IMG/VR virus record: IMGVR_UViG_3300006120_000024
Location: 1-58,256 of that record
Reading direction: 5' to 3' (one strand)
From: a virus
Taxonomy: Duplodnaviria > Caudoviricetes
Length of the DNA stretch: 58,256 nucleotides
A program made the position numbers and the translations under genes. Shown piece by piece: positions 8,818-15,390 of the stretch (position 1 is the first letter of the stretch; each line of letters begins with the position of its first letter). Below the pieces are notes generated by a model. That model was given only the letters and a program-made list of their open reading frames with translations. It did not search any database and was not told the origin of the DNA.

Positions 8818-8832
8818 TAGACTGATAGCATG
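8818..8832 (+). promoter_or_regulatory. Leaderless-type promoter (TAGACT-N6-ATG)
   Basis: -10 hexamer lies 6 nt before ATG 8830; no SD. Confidence 0.55.
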
Positions 8833-9444
8833 CGTGGAGAAAACAAAGAAGGACGCTTCGACATCAGGTACGAGCGTAACTCTTTCGTACCCGGAACCAC
8901 CACAGAACTAGGCCGCACCGTTGGAAACAACGTAGAGTGGTGGTTCTATGATGGGGCAAACACTGTTGTAGACCCTATCTATGACGTGGGAGGCTCTACC
9001 AACCAAGGTGGTCGTAGATGGCGTGGCCCGGTTATTATCCCTACCGTACGAGCTCAGCTTATTCAAGGTGTGACTAGTCAGAACGACCGCGGTTTCTATA
9101 ACGTAGATACCCTAACTATTACTATTAACGTGGATGTAGCCGAGAAGCATCTATCCCTTTTAGGGGCTAACGCAGGTACAAGTCCGCAGCTTGGTGTCAT
9201 GGAGATCAACCCAGATGACTATCTACGTGATAGGGTGGTCTATCGTTCTGAAGTCTTTACCGTTAACCGTGTTCTTCCTGTAGGCATCATCAAGGAGAAG
9301 TTCACCCTTCTCTCTATTGAGTGCAAGCAGGTCAACCCAGAAGAGCTTGACAACGATCCGCAGTTCCAGAGTTATGCTCAGTACTCTGCCTTTGATCCAA
9401 GCACCCTTCCTCAAGAACCTAATCAGGATAAGAATGCCTTTTAA
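8830..9444 (+). CDS. Putative head-tail (neck/head closure) protein
   Basis: Sits before the tail terminator and sheath; beta-barrel-like DRVVYRSEVFTV segment. Function inferred from synteny. Confidence 0.5.
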   Translation: MRGENKEGRFDIRYERNSFVPGTTTELGRTVGNNVEWWFYDGANTVVDPIYDVGGSTNQGGRRWRGPVIIPTVRAQLIQGVTSQNDRGFYNVDTLTITINVDVAEKHLSLLGANAGTSPQLGVMEINPDDYLRDRVVYRSEVFTVNRVLPVGIIKEKFTLLSIECKQVNPEELDNDPQFQSYAQYSAFDPSTLPQEPNQDKNAF

Positions 9445-9574
9445 ATCACAAGCCCAGCGTAAATGGATGTATGCAAACGACCCTAAGATGGCAGAAAAAT
9501 GGGAAGAACATACTCCTAAGGGGAAGAAACTACCAAAGAAGGTAAAGAAAAATGGCAGCAAAAAAGTCAAGTAA
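9434..9574 (+). CDS. Small Lys-rich protein
   Basis: MPFKSQAQRKWMYANDPKMAEKWEEHTPKGKKLPKKVKK...; likely start is ATG 9434. Confidence 0.65.
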   Translation: MPFKSQAQRKWMYANDPKMAEKWEEHTPKGKKLPKKVKKNGSKKVK

Positions 9575-9719
9575 GCACCCAGGCTTTGAAAAGGTGCAGG
9601 AGAATATTGCTAAAAAAGAAGGCGTATCTAAAGAGCGTGCCGGTGCTATACTAGCCGCATCCTCAAGAGGTGCCTCCAAGGCAGCTAAGAAAAAGAACCC
9701 ACGATTGAAGAAGGTCTGA
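9552..9719 (+). CDS. Small Lys/Ala-rich protein (55 aa, not in ORF track)
   Basis: MAAKKSSKHPGFEKVQENIAKKEGVSKERAGAILAASSRGASKAAKKKNPRLKKV. Confidence 0.65.
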   Translation: MAAKKSSKHPGFEKVQENIAKKEGVSKERAGAILAASSRGASKAAKKKNPRLKKV

Positions 9720-9720
9720 T

Positions 9721-10029
9721 ATGTCATTAAGCCACAGCGTTGTTAGTTTAAATAGCTCTACCTCAGTTCTAATTAACGCAGACACAATTATTACTAACTC
9801 CGTAACAGGAGAAAGCCGTTATACGTGGAATGAGGCGACCCTGTCTATTCAAAACGTTGACTCCTCCGCTACAGTATACGTAGGCGGATCTGGGGTTAGC
9901 TCTAGTTCTTACGGTGCTTTGCTTACTCCAGGAGCAACTATTAGCATAGATAACCTTGGGCCTGAAATGGCCGTATATGCAATTTCTAGTGGCTCATCTA
10001 ATATAGCACTTTTGATGGTGACACGATGA
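9721..10029 (+). CDS. Hypothetical (possible virion decoration) protein
   Basis: IQN..VYVGG..V....G..L.PG pattern; small beta-sandwich-like protein. Confidence 0.55.
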   Translation: MSLSHSVVSLNSSTSVLINADTIITNSVTGESRYTWNEATLSIQNVDSSATVYVGGSGVSSSSYGALLTPGATISIDNLGPEMAVYAISSGSSNIALLMVTR

Positions 10030-10523
10030 GGATCTCTATTACACAGGCGCCCGCTCCAGTGCTTTACTACGGCAACTTTGCTTTAAGTACAAGCCAAACT
10101 AGCGGAGGAACCACCGCAGATAACCTTATTACTTGGGACACAACCAATATAAGCAAGGGCATGACCCTCAACCCATCGGATAAAAGTAAGATTGTTTTTG
10201 CAAACACAGGAACATACAACCTTAACTTTTTAGGTCAGTTTAACTTCACTGGCGGTACAAGTGATTATCACATCACAACTTGGTTCTCTAAAAACGGCGT
10301 TCAAGTTCCATCCTCTGCTTTTACTTTTACCACAGCTAGTGCGCAGGGCTCACAGGTTTTAGCAAACATCGAAGCTCCTATTTCTGTGCTGCCAAATGAC
10401 TACATTCAATTTCACTGGTGGTCTGGTGCATCAGGAATGTCCCTTCTTGCTACAGCAGCGGGTACAAACCCAACTCGTCCAGCATCCCCATCAGCCAATT
10501 TGACTATTTATAACGTAGGATAA
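10026..10523 (+). CDS. C1q/TNF-like beta-sandwich protein (putative virion appendage)
   Basis: ITWDT...KIVFANTGTYNLNFLGQF...W..KNG...DYIQF pattern. Confidence 0.55.
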   Translation: MRISITQAPAPVLYYGNFALSTSQTSGGTTADNLITWDTTNISKGMTLNPSDKSKIVFANTGTYNLNFLGQFNFTGGTSDYHITTWFSKNGVQVPSSAFTFTTASAQGSQVLANIEAPISVLPNDYIQFHWWSGASGMSLLATAAGTNPTRPASPSANLTIYNVG

Positions 10524-10525
10524 AA

Positions 10526-10756
10526 ATGCCTAAAAGTTCATCTCGTCCAAAAGCCGTAACAAAGAAGAAAGCAGCCGCTAAGTTTAAAGCAGCTGGCAAA
10601 ACCCACGTTGTAGATAAGCATGGGGAGGACGTTAAAGTCCACCACCCAGGCGGAGGTAAGACCTATAACCTTACCAAGCTCGCAGGGGCTGTCACCATTG
10701 GTGCTGGCGTAACTGCTACCAAAAAATACCATAATCGCAAAGGAAGCGGAGAATAA
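10526..10756 (+). CDS. Small Lys/His-rich protein
   Basis: Highly basic 76 aa ORF. Confidence 0.6.
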   Translation: MPKSSSRPKAVTKKKAAAKFKAAGKTHVVDKHGEDVKVHHPGGGKTYNLTKLAGAVTIGAGVTATKKYHNRKGSGE

Positions 10757-10757
10757 T

Positions 10758-10853
10758 ATGTGCAAGTCATGCGGATGCGGATGCTCAAAGCCTAATTGCA
10801 AGGGTGCTTGCAAGAAGAAGGCAAGCAAGCCAACCACCAAGAAAGGCAAGTAA
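10758..10853 (+). CDS. 31-aa Cys-rich (metallothionein-like) plus Lys-rich peptide (not in ORF track)
   Basis: GGAG SD, then MCKSCGCGCSKPNCKGACKKKASKPTTKKGK; stop abuts the next ATG. Confidence 0.6.
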   Translation: MCKSCGCGCSKPNCKGACKKKASKPTTKKGK

Positions 10854-11030
10854 ATGAAGAAAAAGATGTCCGATAAGGAACAAGATAAGAAGCTTGAAAA
10901 GGGCATGACCCCGGCTCAGAAGAAGAAGTTTGAGGCTGCCGATAAGAAGATGGACAAAAAGAAGCCATCTCGCAAGGAAGATGAAAAGATGGACAAGGCC
11001 TTGGCTAAGAAGGTCAAGAAAAAGAAGTAA
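10854..11030 (+). CDS. Small Lys-rich protein (58 aa, not in ORF track)
   Basis: MKKKMSDKEQDKKLEKGMTPAQKKKFEAADKKMDKKKPSRKEDEKMDKALAKKVKKKK (24 Lys). Confidence 0.65.
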   Translation: MKKKMSDKEQDKKLEKGMTPAQKKKFEAADKKMDKKKPSRKEDEKMDKALAKKVKKKK

Positions 11031-11035
11031 GCTTT

Positions 11036-11058
11036 AATGCCCCGCAAGGGGCATTTTT
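11036..11058 (+). terminator. Rho-independent terminator
   Basis: AATGCCCC-GCAA-GGGGCATT followed by a T run. Confidence 0.85.
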
Positions 11059-11127
11059 GCTTTATGCTTTACCTGACGCCGGAGTAATCCGGAACCTGCT
11101 GCAGTACCCTCTTGTGGAGGAACCCAA

Positions 11128-11298
11128 ATGATTCTATTCGCTCAACGCCTAAATCGGGAAGAAACCGATGCTGATAAGGCGGAGTTTGTTCGTGGTGCTG
11201 TCGGGCTGTCTAATAACGGCTCAAAGAAAGTCCTCAAAGGGATTGTTGCAGGCTACCTAATCGGACAAGCTGTGAAGCGAGTAAAGAAGAATGGGTGA
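11128..11298 (+). CDS. Small hypothetical protein (56 aa, not in ORF track)
   Basis: GGAGG SD; MILFAQRLNREETDADKAEFVRGAVG...; overlaps the next start. Confidence 0.6.
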   Translation: MILFAQRLNREETDADKAEFVRGAVGLSNNGSKKVLKGIVAGYLIGQAVKRVKKNG

Positions 11299-11572
11299 GC
11301 TTCGCAATACTGTCAACAAACTTATAGCTAAGGGTTTCAATACCTCAGCCAATGAGTACAGCTCTAAGCTTCGCCGTTATGCCATCTATTGTGGTTGGCC
11401 AACTAATGTGGCGGGAATGCTTTCTATCGTCGTAGATGGCGATAAGTTTAATATCAGTTATCCAAAAGATATCGAAGATGAAGTATTTACTCTCGAGTTT
11501 GGGACTGAAATCACCCCACCTAATCCTGTGATTCGTACATTCATGCTTGATATGGACGGGGGTCGCATCTAA
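11291..11572 (+). CDS. Putative neck/tail-completion protein
   Basis: LEFGT...P.P.IR motif reminiscent of HK97 gp10-like proteins; synteny. Confidence 0.45.
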   Translation: MGELRNTVNKLIAKGFNTSANEYSSKLRRYAIYCGWPTNVAGMLSIVVDGDKFNISYPKDIEDEVFTLEFGTEITPPNPVIRTFMLDMDGGRI

Positions 11573-12147
11573 TGCCTATGCTTCTTAATGAGGACTCTGC
11601 TCTCAAGAGCCTACTCTCAGGCATCACAGTCTCAGATACCGGAAGCTCTACCCGCCCTGTAGGTGTGTTCTTTGGTCAGCCTGATAAAGAAATACGTCAG
11701 CAGTCCTACCCATACATCACAATCGACCTTATTGGAATCAATGAGGCTCTTGAGCGTGCTGCCCGTGGCTATGGAAATCTTATCTATGCCCCAGAAGGTA
11801 CTGACCCAAATACAGACTTTGCTACAATGTATCCAATCCCAGTCAACCTGGTCTATCAAGTAAGCACGTGGTCTCGTTACCCACGCCATGATCGTCAGAT
11901 CATTAACGCTCTCTTTAGCCCAAAAAGACTACCACTTAGATTTGGACTCTTACTCATTCCTGAGGACAACACTGTTCGCAGGCTTGATGTATTAGGGTTC
12001 GTCAAGCGAGACACTACTGAGAACGACAAGCGTCTTTTCAATAATGTCTACACCATACAGATCAGTGCTGAGTACCTCACGCAGGAACTCACACAGCTGT
12101 ACGAAGTAACAAGCCCACCAAATATCGCGACAACACTAATCGAATAG
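11572..12147 (+). CDS. Putative tail terminator (Pvc16/DUF4255-like)
   Basis: YPYITIDL..I.E..ER and PVNLVYQV motifs; immediately upstream of the sheath gene. Confidence 0.65.
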   Translation: MPMLLNEDSALKSLLSGITVSDTGSSTRPVGVFFGQPDKEIRQQSYPYITIDLIGINEALERAARGYGNLIYAPEGTDPNTDFATMYPIPVNLVYQVSTWSRYPRHDRQIINALFSPKRLPLRFGLLLIPEDNTVRRLDVLGFVKRDTTENDKRLFNNVYTIQISAEYLTQELTQLYEVTSPPNIATTLIE

Positions 12148-12212
12148 TGGTTTATAAATCGGTCTAAGTAAAGTAAACCCAAGTAACCAACTAACACGAA
12201 GGAGAAAACCGG

Positions 12213-13763
12213 ATGGCTACATTCAGTAGACCCGGCGTCTTTATCCAGGAAGTACAACTTCCGCAGACTATTGCACTTGCTGACAATGGAACTGCGGCTG
12301 GTGCTTTTATTTGTTCCCTACCAAAGGGACCAGTAGCTGCACCGGTTCTTCTTACTAACTGGTCTGACTTTGTCACGACCTTTGGTGGATTGCAAGACGC
12401 ATACCCAGCAACATGGGCAGCCTATAGTTTCTTTGCAAACGGCGGCCGCCAGCTTTACATCAAGCGCGTAGTAAGCTCTGCTGCTACTTCTGCGACGATC
12501 ACCCTCAATGACGCGTCTTCAGGATCAGCACCAACTATTTCAGTTACAGCTGCAAACCCAGGTTCATGGGGTAACGGCCTCTCTGTTTTGGTTTCAACCA
12601 CAGGATCTACTACACGTTTTGGACTTACCGTTTATGGAAGCCCAACACTCTCAGGAGCGTCTACTTCAAACATCCTTGAGCAGTTCAATGACTTGAGCAT
12701 GAGCTCTACAGATCCACGTTACTTTGTAAAGGTAATCGCCGCACAGGCAACCTATATCACAGCAGCTGATCTACACTCTACCTCTACATCTCCAACAAAC
12801 CTACCTCTTGCTGGCGCTACTTTGTATGCGCTTACAGGTGGTTCAGATGGAACAACATTGACTACTACGGATTATTCAACTGCTATCACAGCTTTTGATA
12901 CTATTCAGAACCCATTGATTATCCACAACCCAGATGCTGCTTACAACTCAAGCTCAAATACTGCTAACACTCTTAGCGCTGGGGTAGTTCAGTATGCATC
13001 TACACGTACAGATTGCTTTGCAATTGTAGACGTACAGAATGCTTATACTGCAGCTTCATCTGCACAGGATGCATTTACAGCTATCAAGTCTGTTTTTGCT
13101 GCTAGCTCTACAGGTAGCAATGCGGCTGGTTACTGGCCTTGGGTTGCAATCCCAGATGCTCTTAGCTCTGTACAAGGTGCCGTTCGTTACCAAGCTCCTG
13201 GCCCAATTATGGTAGGTCAATTCTTGGCTACTGATGCATCACGTGGTGTCTTTAAGACTCCAGCTGGTCTTGCTAACAAGGTAGCTCTTGCAGTTGATAC
13301 AGCACACCGCTTTACCAACGCAGAGCTCGATGCAATCAATACCTCTGTTACACCTGTTAACGCAATTCGTTATGTGCCTGGCGCAGGAATTGTAGTTATG
13401 GGTGGACGTACAATGGACAACACACCAGGAAATCGCTACATTAACGTCAAGCGTTCTCTTATCTACATTGAGAAAGAACTCACCTTGCGTAGCCAGTATG
13501 CGATCTTTGAGAACAATGATGAACGCCTATGGTCATCCCTACGCACCGCGCTTGGCAACTTCCTTCGTGGATATTGGCAGCAAGGTGGTCTTAAGGGTGC
13601 AAACATTGAAGATGCGTACTTTGTAAAGTGCGACACTACAACAACCTCAGCTTCAGACATCCAGAATGGCCGAGTTAACATCCAGATTGGCGTAGCTCTT
13701 CAGAATCCTGCTGAATTCATTGTTATCAATATTAGCCAGCTAACCGGAAGCGCTACGGCGTAA
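12213..13763 (+). CDS. Contractile tail sheath protein
   Basis: RPGVFIQE, FFANGG, NPGSWGN, YWPW, RGVFKTPAG, VNAIR, RYINVKR, FENND..LW and PAEFIVI motifs. Confidence 0.95.
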   Translation: MATFSRPGVFIQEVQLPQTIALADNGTAAGAFICSLPKGPVAAPVLLTNWSDFVTTFGGLQDAYPATWAAYSFFANGGRQLYIKRVVSSAATSATITLNDASSGSAPTISVTAANPGSWGNGLSVLVSTTGSTTRFGLTVYGSPTLSGASTSNILEQFNDLSMSSTDPRYFVKVIAAQATYITAADLHSTSTSPTNLPLAGATLYALTGGSDGTTLTTTDYSTAITAFDTIQNPLIIHNPDAAYNSSSNTANTLSAGVVQYASTRTDCFAIVDVQNAYTAASSAQDAFTAIKSVFAASSTGSNAAGYWPWVAIPDALSSVQGAVRYQAPGPIMVGQFLATDASRGVFKTPAGLANKVALAVDTAHRFTNAELDAINTSVTPVNAIRYVPGAGIVVMGGRTMDNTPGNRYINVKRSLIYIEKELTLRSQYAIFENNDERLWSSLRTALGNFLRGYWQQGGLKGANIEDAYFVKCDTTTTSASDIQNGRVNIQIGVALQNPAEFIVINISQLTGSATA

Positions 13764-13777
13764 GGAGATAAACAAAA

Positions 13778-14404
13778 ATGACAGCAGTCGTTAATCCACT
13801 AAGTACTATCCAAACGGATCCAATCCGTAACTTTAAGTTCTTGGTCACCATTGCTCCACACAACGTGGATGCTACATGGAAGAACTCGAACTACATCTCA
13901 GCTACCGGTACAACAATGGGATTCGTCTCAGTAGCCGGTTTGAGCATCAGCACTGAATCTATCGCATACCGTGAAGGCGGATATAACACCAACGTCCACC
14001 AGATTCCTGGTCAGACATCCTTCACACCTATCACTTTGTCAAAGGGTATTCTCCTTGGACAGAATGACAACATGCTTTGGATGAAGCGCCTCTTTGCAGT
14101 CAATGCAGGTTCAGCAACAACAGGTGTTGGTGCAGACTTCCGTGTCGATCTAGACATTGCAGTTCTAAGCCATCCAAACCCAGCCGCTATTACAAACCAA
14201 GGCGGAACAGTTGCTAACAACCCAGCAGACCAGCACGTCTCAATGCGCTTCAAGGTTTACAACGCATGGATCACATCTCTAGCATTTTCTAGCCTTGATG
14301 CGGGTGCAAACTCACTCATGGTTGAAGAGATGCAGCTAGTCCATGAAGGCTTTGATGTATCATATGCAAAGGACTACACAGCAACAGCTCCAGCTATTTC
14401 CTAG
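13778..14404 (+). CDS. Tail tube protein (T4 gp19-like)
   Basis: DPIRNFKF, GF..V.GL, YREGG, PG...F.PITL.KG, F.VYNAW, LDA and L.HEG motifs. Confidence 0.92.
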   Translation: MTAVVNPLSTIQTDPIRNFKFLVTIAPHNVDATWKNSNYISATGTTMGFVSVAGLSISTESIAYREGGYNTNVHQIPGQTSFTPITLSKGILLGQNDNMLWMKRLFAVNAGSATTGVGADFRVDLDIAVLSHPNPAAITNQGGTVANNPADQHVSMRFKVYNAWITSLAFSSLDAGANSLMVEEMQLVHEGFDVSYAKDYTATAPAIS

Positions 14405-14437
14405 TAGGAGCTCTCTAACTAGACAAAGGTAAACAAT

Positions 14438-15238
14438 ATGTCAACAATTAATGCAGCACAAAATCCGGACTTAGCAAACAGACTAGTAGAGAAAGCACTT
14501 TCAGAGGATACGGCGGTAGAGGAGAAATCTCCTTTACTGCCGCCTCCTCCAACCGAAGTTAAGCTACCTGGCGGCCTTGCAGATCCATTCTTGGGTATCA
14601 TCGATACAGCCGAGATCAGAGAGCTAAATGGCGGGGATGAAGAAGCTATTGCACGAACCCCAGATATTGGCAAAGCACTTCTAGTAATCCTAGATAGAGC
14701 TTTGGTAAAGGTCGGGGGAGAACCAGCGGACAAGGATATCCGTAATGCCCTCCTTGCAGGAGATCGTGAAATGATCCTATTAGCTATCCGTAAGATTACA
14801 TTTGGTAGCGAGATTGTCCTAGGCCCAGGCGCATGCCCAAGCTGTGAGACAGAGCAAACCTTTACTGTAGATCTTGACGATGACATCAAAATTAAATATC
14901 TAAATCAGGAAGACCGTCGTTTTACCTTGGATTGTGAGATCGGCAAGGTAGATGTAAGCCTTCCAACTGGTGGAGTACAGACAGCTATCGTCAACTCTAC
15001 CAACAAAAACTCAGCAGAATTAGATAGTATTCTGCTTAAAGAATGCATTAATACAATCAATGGTGCTCCCGTTACCGGCCTGGATCAGGTCCGTAACCTA
15101 AGTATTAAAGATCGTAGAAAGATTCTTCAAGAGATTTCGACCCGAAACCCTGGACCACAACTCGGAGAAGTATCCAAGCCATGCAAGTCGTGCGGCTCGG
15201 AGGTGCCGTTGCCACTAACATTGGCAGAATTGTTTTGA
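14438..15238 (+). CDS. Tail/baseplate assembly chaperone (gp26-like, two CxxC)
   Basis: RELNG.DEE, GDR..ILL.IR..TFG, CPSC and CKSC; lies between tube and tape measure. Confidence 0.75.
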   Translation: MSTINAAQNPDLANRLVEKALSEDTAVEEKSPLLPPPPTEVKLPGGLADPFLGIIDTAEIRELNGGDEEAIARTPDIGKALLVILDRALVKVGGEPADKDIRNALLAGDREMILLAIRKITFGSEIVLGPGACPSCETEQTFTVDLDDDIKIKYLNQEDRRFTLDCEIGKVDVSLPTGGVQTAIVNSTNKNSAELDSILLKECINTINGAPVTGLDQVRNLSIKDRRKILQEISTRNPGPQLGEVSKPCKSCGSEVPLPLTLAELF

Positions 15239-15386
15239 TGGTGAAAGCAGTTACGAGCTACTTCTAGATATGTATGAAGCGTTAACTAGGTTTTATCCTG
15301 GTTGGACGCTAGAAGATATTCGCGGGCTCTCCCTACGAGAGCGCGTTATGTGGGTAAACAGAGCTACTAAACGGGTTAGGCGGTGA
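15237..15386 (+). CDS. Second chaperone segment (GT/gp51-like), reached by +1 frameshift or from ATG 15270
   Basis: DGESSYELLLDMYEALTRFYPGWTLEDIRGLSLRERVMW..; typical GW....I..L...ER..W motif. Confidence 0.65.
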   Translation, partial: DGESSYELLLDMYEALTRFYPGWTLEDIRGLSLRERVMWVNRATKRVRR

Positions 15387-15390
15387 GTAA

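Noticed and set aside
11073-11110. Hammerhead-like CTGA..stem..GAA arrangement
   Set aside because: The core reads CUGACGC/GAAC rather than CUGAnGA/GAAA, and no convincing stems I and III are present.
12153-12159. T4-like late promoter TATAAAT upstream of the sheath gene
   Set aside because: Not the full TATAAATA, not seen repeated before other late genes, and no gp55-like sigma in the window.
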